Shown: positions 1 through 9,351, counted from the whole stretch's first letter. The stretch is 63,903 nt of DNA, filler included, from an uncultured Myxococcia bacterium (GCA_964617105.1; 6 parts of 6 records of this genome joined end to end with filler, not necessarily neighbours in it), one strand, 5' to 3'. A program made the numbers and translations. The notes: generated by a model not told the origin, from the sequence alone.

Positions 1-49
1 CCTTACGGTCAGAATAGTTGCTCAAAATTTGTTTGAAAGAATGTGGGAA

Positions 50-799
50 TTAACAGACGGAAGCAAAAGCAAAAGACGAATTACCAAGAGCCTCCTGAAT
101 TTGTTTAATTTCAGAATCAATTTCTTCCTCTGTGTTGAGGACTTTTTCAAGGACCTTGCGCGCCTTTTCTTTTTTACCCTTAAGCATCAACCATCTCGGG
201 CTTTCCGGTAGAATAAAAGCGCCAATGAACATAATCAGCGCAAATAATGCTATTATCAGGAACATGAAAGGAAGTCTTGTTACCTCCGAAGGAATAAGCC
301 GCACCAGCAATACATTTGATACGGAAATTATAAATATGCCAATTGTAATCATCAGTTGAAATAATGTGCCCATTGCACCGCGAATGCTGGCAGGTGCCGT
401 TTCCGCCAGATATAGAGGAACAATGAATGAAGCAACGCCTACTGCAAATCCGAGAACAAAACGGCATGCGGATAAAATACCGGCAGGAGGTATAAAAGAC
501 GAGGCTAGCGACATGGAAGAGAATAAGAATCCTGCAAAAACCAGACTTTTTTTCCGGCCGAGGTACCTTGCAAAAAAACCTGACAGGAGGGCCCCCATAA
601 TCGCGCCCCATGCCAGAATAGCTGAGTATGCCTCCCCTTGCGCCAAATCATAGTCATAAACCTTGTCGATTGTGGGCAACGCGTTTGCTATAAACCCCTG
701 ATCCAATCCAAATAACAATCCACCGAGAGCTGCAATGATGCATATTATATAAACAATTGCATTGTATCCTGAATTTGTTTCCCGGCCATCACCGCCCAT
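50..799 (-). pseudogene. Sugar porter (MFS) transporter, N-terminal half only, apparently truncated
   Basis: Motifs GGLLFGLD, GRKKSL, R-F-x-x-G-F-A-V-G, PLYLAETAP..RG and PESPRWL. A TAA at 50-52 ends the ORF after about 6 TM helices (249 aa; full sugar porters have about 12 TM). Confidence 0.7.
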
Positions 800-898
800 A
801 ATCTTCTCCTTGATTTTAAGTTAGCCTTATTTAGTTGCCATCCGATAATTCGCTTAATCGCGAAAATTTTGATGCGCTCGGATAACAAGGCGCAGGTT

Positions 899-1066
899 CC
901 AAAATCGTCCCACGTGGATGACCTTCGGCCTCCGGAGGCATAGGCGGCGCCTACGTTGAGGACGATTTTGGGTTCTGCAACGTCCCACAGGGATCACCTT
1001 CGGCGTCAGTTAGCCGAGATGCAGCAGAATTTGACGCCAACGGTGATCCCTTTAGGGACAGCAGAA
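899..1066. repeat. Two adjacent related GC-rich stem-loops (REP/MITE-like intergenic element)
   Basis: CCAAAATCGTCC (899-910) pairs with GGACGATTTTGG (960-971). A second long imperfect hairpin spans 973-1066. A near-direct repeat CGTCCCACnnGGATnACCTTCGGC occurs at 906 and 981. Confidence 0.65.
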
Positions 1067-1130
1067 GGAGTTTTCGGACGGCAACTATTTAATAGTGTTA
1101 ATAGTTTGTGTCCATCAATAAATGGACCGA

Positions 1131-2528
1131 TTATGGGCAGTCATTAGTTTTCTTTTCAACTTGAGCCGCAATTGCAGCAATAATAGCGGCACCTTTACCG
1201 GAACCGTCTTTGGCGAGAACCAATTCAATGTTGACCGCTTTTTTTCCATAAAGTTTTTCGAAAACAGTATCTATTTTCTGGTCAAAACCTGGATATTTTT
1301 CAAATAATGTCCCATCAATACCAACTGTATGTTTTATTTTCAGATCAGGGTCCTTCCAGGTTATTACTCCGGCGATTGCCGCCGCTCCAATCGCCGCCGC
1401 TCTGGATGAAACGAGTTCACAAAGTTGTTTCAGCGCCTGTCTGTCATACAGCATATTTTTATTTACACCGTTCTCTGTCAAAAAATCTCTGGTTATTTCC
1501 AGATTCTTTGTCTCATCGCCGGCAATGAGTGACATATGTTCGGTTTTCAATGAATCTTTTTTAGAGAAACCTTCCATGGCGGAAGGTTCATTGTTGAACA
1601 AAAGATCGCGTTTTATCATATCATATGCAATCAGCCTGGTTAATTCACCAAGATACATTCCGGAAACCATCTTTTCTAAATACATTTTTCCCGGATTGAC
1701 AGAACCGGCATCCAGTCTCCTGTCGTAATATGTCCGGCGCAGTTTATCAAAATTGCCCCATTCCATGTTGATTATCATATGCCCTTTAGTATCCGGACAA
1801 CCCATTTTCTTTATATTGGAAAGTTTTTCCTGATAGCATGCATTGGTTCCCGTTCCCATAATGACCCCTAAATCACATGTGGAATCTCTATAACTTCTGG
1901 CTACAAGAGTACCCACCGTATCATTAGCCAATGCGGCCACTCTTATGCATTGAATGTTTTTTTTCTTTAATGCTTCATTCAGTAGAATAATAACATCTTC
2001 GCCTTCAACACCGCTGGCGGTAAATCCTTTGGTCCAGCTTATAAGTTTGCCGGCGGCAATACTGGTTTGCTCTACAGGAAAAGAAAAAGTAAATGCCAAA
2101 TCATAGGTTTTTTTTGTGTCGATTTTATTATCAATGAAAAAAGTATGGATGCAGTGGACAATAAAATCAAAAAGCTGTTCACCGGTCCCCATCATGTCTT
2201 GTTTTTTAATCAAAAATTTACTAACTGCTGAAATCCGGGTATTTCCTTTCCCATCAAGCTCGACAGCAAGAACCCTGAAATTAGTACCTCCTAGATCAAG
2301 TGCAATAAATTTTCCTTTTTCAGACCCTCTGGGCCTGTCAACAAAAGACGGGATCATTTTTAATGAACTTTCATTACCCGAAAGTCCCTTCCGCATCTCG
2401 GCATGAAATTCGGAAATAACTGTCTTAATGTCATCAATAGAAATACAAAAAAACTTATCGAGGTAGGAAATAAATTCATCATAAGCAATTGGCGAGGAAT
2501 TGGGCATAAAAAACTCCGTTTTAGTCAA
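1131..2528 (-). CDS. Hexokinase (eukaryote-type, Hexokinase_1/Hexokinase_2 fold)
   Basis: Motifs ALDLGGTNFRV, FTFSFP, WTKGF, NDTVGT, GTGTNACY, INMEWGNF, EKMVSGMYLGE and DGSGKGAA. Confidence 0.95.
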   Translation of the reverse strand: MTKTEFFMPNSSPIAYDEFISYLDKFFCISIDDIKTVISEFHAEMRKGLSGNESSLKMIPSFVDRPRGSEKGKFIALDLGGTNFRVLAVELDGKGNTRISAVSKFLIKKQDMMGTGEQLFDFIVHCIHTFFIDNKIDTKKTYDLAFTFSFPVEQTSIAAGKLISWTKGFTASGVEGEDVIILLNEALKKKNIQCIRVAALANDTVGTLVARSYRDSTCDLGVIMGTGTNACYQEKLSNIKKMGCPDTKGHMIINMEWGNFDKLRRTYYDRRLDAGSVNPGKMYLEKMVSGMYLGELTRLIAYDMIKRDLLFNNEPSAMEGFSKKDSLKTEHMSLIAGDETKNLEITRDFLTENGVNKNMLYDRQALKQLCELVSSRAAAIGAAAIAGVITWKDPDLKIKHTVGIDGTLFEKYPGFDQKIDTVFEKLYGKKAVNIELVLAKDGSGKGAAIIAAIAAQVEKKTNDCP

Positions 2529-3043
2529 TAATCGTTTGTGCTGCTTATTTTCATTAATGGCAAAAAAGTTTTCCTTTCGGTGGAAGCCAAAAAATACAGC
2601 ATACCACTTAATTGTTCAATATTTTTTTCTGCCTTTGGAATGTATGAGGAAATATTTCATTTGTTCAGCATGGTCATAACGGTGATGATAACCATCCGGC
2701 AAACTTTTAAAAAAAATGAATGTCCCCGATGGTTCTCCTGGTGATGACCGATAGGAATGGAAATATCACGTGATTTCAGGGATGATCTAGTTTTCGGGCA
2801 TCACGAGGCACACAATACCGAATTTATATGGTAGGTAGGCGGTGAAAAGGGGGCCTGGTAAATATTTAAAAAGTGCGGATTTTGTTGGCCCAATTGCTGA
2901 TTTTTTAGTGGTTTTTTATCGATGGATTCTATCCGCCCGTGTATAGAATAAAAACTTTTTGTTTTGAATAATTATCATTGGTTTGCTATTATTTAAATAT
3001 AGGAGGTTATTGTTCCTGTTATGAAATTAAAAAAGAAAAACAA

Positions 3044-3424
3044 ATGACTACTATACCTCAACAATGGGCTGAGCGCGCTTTATATGATTTAGATACAGCC
3101 AAAGCCATGCTTGATTCTGGTCGTTATCTTTATGTTTTATTTTGTTGTCAACAATCTATTGAAAAGCAACTCAAAGCGATTATAGCAGAGCGAACCCAAG
3201 AATTTCCACCAAGAATTCATCAACTTGTTCGTCTTGCCGAGAAAGCGTCATTGGAATTAACTGAAGACCAGACAAAGTTTTTACGGAAATTATCATCATA
3301 TTATATTCAGACTAGATATCCTGAAGATATTGCTGACATTGGAAAGGGTGTTGATCTCAATTTAGCCGAAATGTATTACGAAGGAACTAAAGAGGTGTTT
3401 GAATGGCTATCATCCCTAATTTAA
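3044..3424 (+). CDS. HEPN domain protein (HEPN-MNT module)
   Basis: W..RA..DL.TA..M...GRY....F.CQQS.EK.LKA, PPRIHQL..L and YI.TRYP pattern. ATG at 3044; overlaps the MNT gene. Confidence 0.88.
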   Translation: MTTIPQQWAERALYDLDTAKAMLDSGRYLYVLFCCQQSIEKQLKAIIAERTQEFPPRIHQLVRLAEKASLELTEDQTKFLRKLSSYYIQTRYPEDIADIGKGVDLNLAEMYYEGTKEVFEWLSSLI

Positions 3425-3732
3425 TAAAAAAACGTGCCAAAGAGGCGATAAAGGTATTGTCTGAGCGGGCTAATGTGAAAATGGCTTATCTGTTTGGCTC
3501 TTATGTGACTGGTAATTTTGATGAATATAGTGATGTCGATGTTGCTGTATTTATTGAAGATAATGAAAAGTGGAATCTTGAACATAGAGCGGAGATGAGT
3601 GCAGAAGTTCAGAGCAAAGTAGGTGATGATATTGAACTTCATTATTTTTCTTCTGTTGTATTAGACAAATTAGAGCCATCTAGTTTTGCTTCTCATATTG
3701 TCAATCATGGGAAAAAACTTTCAATAGAATAA
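3403..3732 (+). CDS. Minimal nucleotidyltransferase (MNT) antitoxin
   Basis: YLFGSY..G.....SDVDVAV (GS-x10-DxD) motif; 109 aa; paired with HEPN. Confidence 0.9.
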   Translation: MAIIPNLIKKRAKEAIKVLSERANVKMAYLFGSYVTGNFDEYSDVDVAVFIEDNEKWNLEHRAEMSAEVQSKVGDDIELHYFSSVVLDKLEPSSFASHIVNHGKKLSIE

Positions 3733-4164
3733 TAGAGAATGCGGGCAGTTTGCAGCCCGACTCGCTTAATCACATATCGCCCTTTCCTGTTAACCAGAGA
3801 ATTGTAAAGTTCTAGGTGTATTTTGACCGTATCGGTCCCGACCTAAAACGGAAAGAGAATTCTCTGTACTTGCCAAGCGAGAGCGAGACACCACAAAACA
3901 CAAATAATTGGTCGTTTTTACGGCTAAAAGTTCTTTGAAAACAGAATAATAGACAGAGAAAAATAGAGGAAAAGATAGATAATAGTCTGCTACTTGATGG
4001 TGACTGATGGAATTTGTGGCCGATACCAAGAAAAAATCCTCAATCGCCAAATCTTCCTTGCCAGAACGACGTCAATCCCCAATCCCCGGATTGGAGTTGC
4101 CTGAGAGTCGGGAATTAACATTGGGAGTTGGGAAAAAAGTTTTACCGATTTCACGCCGCTTTCT

Positions 4165-4482
4165 TCAACCGAAATCCAGTAACTCTGGTGGCCTTGAAAT
4201 ATCGCTTTTCAATTTCAAAATTAACAGGGAACACCTTGGGTTTGGCGCCCTTCTCCGGTGCTGGTGGCTGCCAATCATGGAGAAACATTTGTCATCAGGC
4301 CGTCCACCACGAAGAGTCATATGTGGTCGCCACTGGTTATACCAGACAGTGAACTCCTGGCAGAGGCTGGTAATATGATCGAACCCTTTTAGCAGTGGTG
4401 CACGGTTTAACCATTCGTATTTTATGGTTTTGATGAGCCACTCAAAAATCGGGCAGGGTAACGCCTCCCGGAAGGTTAACAA
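4165..4482 (-). mobile_element. Transposase/integrase-core C-terminal fragment (IS3/IS481-like), pseudogene
   Basis: TIKYEWL...WYNQWRPHMTL.G..P matches the end of rve integrase cores; no N-terminal part is present. Confidence 0.7.
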
Positions 4483-4941
4483 AAAAGCCCGGAGAGCCGA
4501 AATTAGGTTCTGCGGGCTTTTTTGTGGCTGGAGAGCGGCAGGGGCTGCCGCAAAATCTTTGTGATATCACGTAGTTGGATGATCGTGGTGTTTTAGTTCG
4601 CCACCATGGGGCAGGTTCGATTCCGCCATAATTCCAGTCTCAGCAAAAGAGACCAAAATCGATGCCATCTCACATTTTATACAAAATTCACGCAAATTAT
4701 ACCGGGCATTTTGAGTCTCTGCTAAGAGTCTCTGTTTCTCTGTTTTGGAGACTGCCGAGTGGTTAACAGGGTTGTTAACCACTTTGTGAATGCCATTGGA
4801 GCGACCGGATGGTTAACTTGGGGTGGCTGTTAACCATCCGGTCGGATGCTGCTATTTGCTGTTAGCCACGATTGGAGAAACTGTTGTTATTACAGGGGAA
4901 TTACTGCTGACGCTTTTGGGGCGACACTGCGATAAACTTCC

Positions 4942-5748
4942 TCAGGATTTTCCTTTCCATTGTCTGCCGGGAAGTTTGGAGATCAATTTTTTCTGCACTA
5001 TCTCTGCGGCAGCCACTGGATTATAATTTATATCAGCAGGTATGAGAGGATTAACATCCTCGGTAAATCTAATGCTATTCATTTTTTCAGCCAGATTAGC
5101 CGCGAACTCAGCCCGTGATAAAGCCGTGCCATCATGCTCTATATACCGTTGGAAGGATTTGATAACTTTGTTGCAGTTGGATTTTAGAGAGAGCCAAAGA
5201 TCAAAAAGATCACGGCCTTTTTTCCGTTGAAAGAGAGCCCGCAATTTAGTGCCAAGTAACTCTTCAAAATGGTAAATCGGGATATTGGCTGTTCCGTTAA
5301 ACCATGGGTTATCAACTGGAAAACCTTTTTTGGTTGTGCCAAATACAGAAAAATGTTCCCTGGTGTTGATTTCAATTTTTAACCGCATTGTTGTTACAGG
5401 AACAAAGGTAGTATTGAATCGGTAAAATAGAGTAAATTGTCCTTTACCCTGTTTCCATTTTGGTTTTCCAAGCCACGGATCAAGAGCGTCTCTGATGGTG
5501 TTGATGATTTTTCCAATAGGGCCGGCATTACGTTGAACCAGGTCAATATCTTCAGAATACCGACTGGCTTTACTGAAGAAAAATTTGTTCAAAGCAGTAC
5601 CTCCCCGGACTATAATTTGATCAGCAATTAGTGCCTGACTAAACATCTCCACCATTGCACGGGAAAGCACTAAGTCTTGTTCCACTTGCTCGTTGGATGG
5701 CCAGGACGCATAGGTGCGCCAGGCGGTAATATTTGCACGGGGAATCAA
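4942..5748 (-). CDS. abiEii: AbiEii/AbiGii-type nucleotidyltransferase toxin (type IV TA)
   Basis: EQDLVLSR, RGGTALNK, RYSEDIDL and KLRALFQRKKGRDLFD motifs. Confidence 0.92.
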   Translation of the reverse strand: MIPRANITAWRTYASWPSNEQVEQDLVLSRAMVEMFSQALIADQIIVRGGTALNKFFFSKASRYSEDIDLVQRNAGPIGKIINTIRDALDPWLGKPKWKQGKGQFTLFYRFNTTFVPVTTMRLKIEINTREHFSVFGTTKKGFPVDNPWFNGTANIPIYHFEELLGTKLRALFQRKKGRDLFDLWLSLKSNCNKVIKSFQRYIEHDGTALSRAEFAANLAEKMNSIRFTEDVNPLIPADINYNPVAAAEIVQKKLISKLPGRQWKGKS

Positions 5749-6539
5749 ATATCCACCTCCAGTTCAATATTTGGCAATATATGCCAACGATTATTAATAT
5801 TAACATCTGCTGCATCTACTCCAGGCTGCAGCGGGATAGCCCGTGGCGAACGTATTTCCAGCCATTGATATAAAGAATCAGCCAGTTGGCTCTCACCAAT
5901 GGCATCCAACAGAAATCCCAGCCGCTGAACATCAGGAATTTTTACTAGATCGGCAATTTCTACTAATGCCTTTGCGTCAATACTATCCGCCAGTTCGCTG
6001 AGCACAGTTGCTACATTATTAAAATGTCCAGCAATAGCCGAATAACGAACTAGATCAAAAGCAGTAGTTTCAATGGAAGCGACCAGCATTGTCCCAGTTT
6101 CTGTCTCTTTTTCCACTACTGGCATCTGGGTAACATTTTTGCTCATTGAGAGCCGTATAAAGACCTTGCCTGCCTGCATTTCCCGAGTCGGTTTACTGGT
6201 CATCACTTGATAAATCATTGGCTGTTGGTGAGCAGCACCGTGTAATGCTGCTGCACTAAGTAACCCCACATAATATGGCTGGCCAATATAACTCATTAGT
6301 TCATCAATAAACCAACTTGCTGGTGGAGATCCAGTAGCCCGGTATTCAGGAGGGACAATCACGTAAAAACCGCGTCGAGGAGAAACGATTCTCGATTGTT
6401 TTTTTAGCCGGCGCAAAGCGCTTTGAACAGCCACAAATGAACGCTTAGTTCCCATTTCTGCATCAATGCGAGTAAAGGTGTAGCGTCCCTGTGCTTGCAG
6501 GCTTTCAACCCAATTTAATAAAGAGTATTGTGAAGGCAT
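5745..6539 (-). CDS. abiEi: AbiEi-family antitoxin (type IV TA)
   Basis: N-terminal wHTH-like region, RGFYVIVPPEY, YYVGLLSAAALHGAAHQQP and QRLGFLLD; 4-bp overlap with abiEii. Confidence 0.9.
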   Translation of the reverse strand: MPSQYSLLNWVESLQAQGRYTFTRIDAEMGTKRSFVAVQSALRRLKKQSRIVSPRRGFYVIVPPEYRATGSPPASWFIDELMSYIGQPYYVGLLSAAALHGAAHQQPMIYQVMTSKPTREMQAGKVFIRLSMSKNVTQMPVVEKETETGTMLVASIETTAFDLVRYSAIAGHFNNVATVLSELADSIDAKALVEIADLVKIPDVQRLGFLLDAIGESQLADSLYQWLEIRSPRAIPLQPGVDAADVNINNRWHILPNIELEVDI

Positions 6540-6650
6540 TGATATTGGCCTGGTATCTAAAAGCGAATATGTATTGCACTTTTAAATATTAGCACTTTTT
6601 GTTAACAATGGCAACTGAAATTACAGCGATGATAACCGGAACTACAGTTT

Positions 6651-6896
6651 CTAGTTGGTTGGGGTATTGGCATTAATGTAATCTGTCACTATAACCACCG
6701 ACTTGCCCTCTCTCGATGCTTTGAGGGCCAGGCGAATATTCTGGATCTCCAACTCCGAGAGTTGTCCCAGATTGGCTACCACTTTGTGAGCCGGAACACC
6801 ATCATCCCGCCGGTAACTCTCTACCAGTTGAGCATATCGGTAGGTTTTTCCATTTTGTTTTTTGGTGGAGACTCTCAGATGCATTTCTTTTGTCAT
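6651..6896 (-). mobile_element. IS1634-like transposase N-terminal fragment (pseudogene)
   Basis: MHLRVSTKKQNGKTYRYAQLVESYRR..G.P.HKVVANLG resembles the IS1634-family N-terminus; the ORF stops after 81 aa. Confidence 0.75.
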
Positions 6897-7123
6897 CTAC
6901 CTCCGGCATTTTCCTTACCAAACACCTGATCAAAATTTTCCCCTTTATTGAGCTTGCTCTGCCAGAGACGGTGTCTTTCCACCGTTTCCAGCCTCTTTCC
7001 CTGAGTGATAGAGAAAAACCGAGCGGTCTCCACCGGACCCAGGTTGTCCACCAGTAGTTTAACCGCTTTTTCAATCAGTTTTTCTTCTTTTATATAAGTG
7101 CTTGTGCCAGTGTTGGTGTCAAT
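6893..7123 (-). CDS. Small partner protein of PIN toxin (putative antitoxin); not in ORF track, no ATG found
   Basis: Manual translation IDTNTGTSTYIKEEKLIEKAVKLLVDNLGPVETARFFSITQGKRLETVERHRLWQSKLNKGENFDQVF... The LGPVETARF pattern resembles small ORFs found downstream of PIN genes. Confidence 0.6.
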   Translation of the reverse strand: MDTNTGTSTYIKEEKLIEKAVKLLVDNLGPVETARFFSITQGKRLETVERHRLWQSKLNKGENFDQVFGKENAGGR

Positions 7124-7580
7124 GCTCCTGGTCGTAGTGGTGGTTCTCCTCTTTCATGCAAAAAGTTACCGGGTTTAAAGCCGTTACTTTTAGTTTTTTG
7201 TCAACAACCATTTTGCGGCATTTTTTTAATAATTTGTCGTCACAGGTTATAAAAAAATCAGTCGTTTTCTCGGCAAAAGCCACATGGGCAGCATCAGCCA
7301 CTCCAAAAGATTTTGAGTGTAGTTCTTCAGCTCTTTTTCTAAGTTCTGATTGATCAATCTCAGGAGTTTTGCCCAATACCGCCAACAATGACAACAGTTT
7401 CTGCCTTTCCTGAATATCTGTTATAGCCTCGATTTCCGCTATATGCACTGATGATACAATTATAGCATACTTTTTGTCCTGAATCGCCTTTAAAATCAAG
7501 TAAAAGGCATCGGTCTCCAGTTTTATCCTCATCACATCCTGGTCATCAAAGGGACGACAGAGGGTGCAGACATCCAGGTA
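7119..7580 (-). CDS. PIN domain protein (VapC-like); native start apparently lost
   Basis: The frame extends upstream of 7535 to YLDVCTLCRPFDDQ (first PIN acidic motif); also DAAHVAFA and FITCDDKL. An in-frame TAG lies further upstream with no ATG in between. Confidence 0.8.
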   Translation of the reverse strand, partial: YLDVCTLCRPFDDQDVMRIKLETDAFYLILKAIQDKKYAIIVSSVHIAEIEAITDIQERQKLLSLLAVLGKTPEIDQSELRKRAEELHSKSFGVADAAHVAFAEKTTDFFITCDDKLLKKCRKMVVDKKLKVTALNPVTFCMKEENHHYDQEH

Positions 7581-7811
7581 TGAGAGTGAACCAATCCCGT
7601 CAAGGTTGGTTGGAGCAGTGTTTGGCTATACAAGGTAAAAAAAAAATCAGGGTTCCAGTTGTCAACCTAAATCAATATCAAAACATTTGGATAGAGAGAT
7701 GGCCAGATTAATGAAAATCCTTTCAAATATGTGTGTAGGATTTTAAATGCTCTTAAGGCTGTAAACAAATAATAATGTCTAGTAAATCCATGTTTCTAAG
7801 AGGTTGAAAAA

Positions 7812-8168
7812 ATGAAGAAATTAAGTGTAAAAGTAGTCACTTTTGGAGTGTCTATTATGCTGCTGGTTTATTTTCTCAGTTGTAGGGGGACCCAAAATGA
7901 TTGCTGCCAATCACTAGAGAAATGTAATCAAGAGCGACAGGAACTGATAAAATTCAACGAGGAATTAAAAGCGCAATATTCAACTTGGAAAAAGAAGATT
8001 GATTATTTGGAGATTGAGCACAAAGAAAGGAAAAAAGAGATCGAAGAGATAAAAAAGGAACAGTTAAAAGAGATCGAAGAGTTAAAAAAGATTGTTAATA
8101 CCTACTTGGAGAGAGAAAAAGTTTATTTGCCAAGCACCAATGAAACGCCTCAAAACATGAATAAGTAG
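7812..8168 (+). CDS. Hypothetical coiled-coil lipoprotein
   Basis: Basic N-terminus, hydrophobic stretch and FLS-C lipobox-like site, followed by an E/K-rich heptad region. Confidence 0.6.
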   Translation: MKKLSVKVVTFGVSIMLLVYFLSCRGTQNDCCQSLEKCNQERQELIKFNEELKAQYSTWKKKIDYLEIEHKERKKEIEEIKKEQLKEIEELKKIVNTYLEREKVYLPSTNETPQNMNK

Positions 8169-8354
8169 TTGTTTTGTTGTGCCCCGAAAAGCATTTTCGC
8201 CGAGCAGCAGCAACAGTTTCCTCGGTTTCTGAGTTTGAGAAACAGTTGTAGAGCCAGTCACATTCCATTCCTAACCCACCACATTTTTCACTGGTCGATC
8301 ACCCGTTGATCACCCCAAACTCAACTGTGCGGAATCACAGGGAAAAATAGGCCT

Positions 8355-8386
8355 GGACGCGGGTTCGACTCACGCCGCCTCCACCA
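8355..8386 (+). mobile_element. tmRNA (ssrA) 3'-end fragment, probable integrative-element att core
   Basis: GGACGCGGGTTCGACTCACGCCGCCTCCACCA is a T-arm plus acceptor 3' strand plus CCA. One T-stem mismatch; no matching GGGGGCG 5' end upstream. Confidence 0.75.
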
Positions 8387-8708
8387 TTTTGTCTTGTATT
8401 TACGTCAAGTTACGGCGAAAAAACCCAAAAAATATGTCGATCACTGGTCGATCACCCCCCAATGCGGGGGTGAGATGGCATTAATTTCATGTGTCCGCAT
8501 GTGCATGAATATTGAGCAGAACCGGTGGTGAAATCGGAGATGACCAGACCGGGGAAATAGGTGCTTTTTGGACGCCAGACACTCTCCCCGAACGCAGGCG
8601 GGGTCTCCCGTGTCCGCCAGGGATGGTTTTGGTGTGATCTCATACAGTTAGGGGATGATGGCAGGGGAGGTGATCGATGGTGTGAGTCGGAAAGTGGGCA
8701 GCAAAAAA

Positions 8709-9134
8709 TCAGGGGGTGTTGGCGATCTTGCTTTCAGTTATCACAAAATCTTTACCAGGATTTACCGCATTTAGAAGTTCTGTCAATTTGCCAATAGTGG
8801 GGTCTGCTTTTGCCTGTTCGTATCGAGCATAGGCATTGTGTGATTTCTGGCCAATTTTTGCTACAGCCTCTTTTAATGTCAATCCCCGCATTTGCCTTTG
8901 CCGTTTCAGCAAAAGAGCCACCAGTTCAAGAGTATCGGCGGATATTTCGAAATAATCGCCTTTTCCGGGATGGACATTGACCTGCACACCCTCTTTGTTG
9001 ATCAATTCTTCGGTTGCGTCTTTGATCATCTCAAAGGCTTCTTTTTTAGTCGTGCCTTGAGTCATTATATCGAGCATTGGAATTTCAATCAGCCAAAAGC
9101 GCCCATCTTTCCAAACTTTGCCTTGTAATCTCAT
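8709..9134 (-). CDS. hicB: HicB-family antitoxin with C-terminal XRE HTH
   Basis: W.IEIP.LD..TQG.T..EA..MIKDA N-terminal domain, then RQMRGLTLKEAVAKIG....AYARYEQ...PT HTH. Confidence 0.88.
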   Translation of the reverse strand: MRLQGKVWKDGRFWLIEIPMLDIMTQGTTKKEAFEMIKDATEELINKEGVQVNVHPGKGDYFEISADTLELVALLLKRQRQMRGLTLKEAVAKIGQKSHNAYARYEQAKADPTIGKLTELLNAVNPGKDFVITESKIANTP

Positions 9135-9137
9135 TGA

Positions 9138-9311
9138 TTAACCCTCTTTTGCCTTTTTGATTATCTTTTTGGCCAATGGTTCAGCAATTTCAGTATGCCT
9201 GGGAACAGGCTCCTCAATGGAGCCGTTTGTCCAGATATCGTGTTTTTTACCATGTCTGGCAAGTTCCCATCCCAGCGACTTTAATTTTTTCTCTAACTCT
9301 TTTCTTTTCAT
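9138..9311 (-). CDS. hicA: HicA-family mRNA interferase toxin (57 aa, below ORF-track cutoff)
   Basis: Manual translation MKRKELEKKLKSLGWELARHGKKHDIWTNGSIEEPVPRHTEIAEPLAKKIIKKAKEG; lies directly upstream of hicB. Confidence 0.9.
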   Translation of the reverse strand: MKRKELEKKLKSLGWELARHGKKHDIWTNGSIEEPVPRHTEIAEPLAKKIIKKAKEG

Positions 9312-9351
9312 AAAACTTACAATTATAATTTACACTGATACGTGTAATTAG

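Noticed and set aside
2538-3000. 68-aa ORF and intergenic region upstream of HEPN
   Set aside because: No protein-like features or clear repeat structure that I can support.
4759-4844. AAC...GTT hairpins as integron attC sites
   Set aside because: Too short (25 and 43 bp), lacking the R''-L''-L'-R' layout with extrahelical bases, and no IntI nearby.
8355-8386. Complete tRNA or tmRNA gene
   Set aside because: Only the 3' T-arm and acceptor strand are present, the T-stem has a mismatch, and no complementary 5' end is found upstream.
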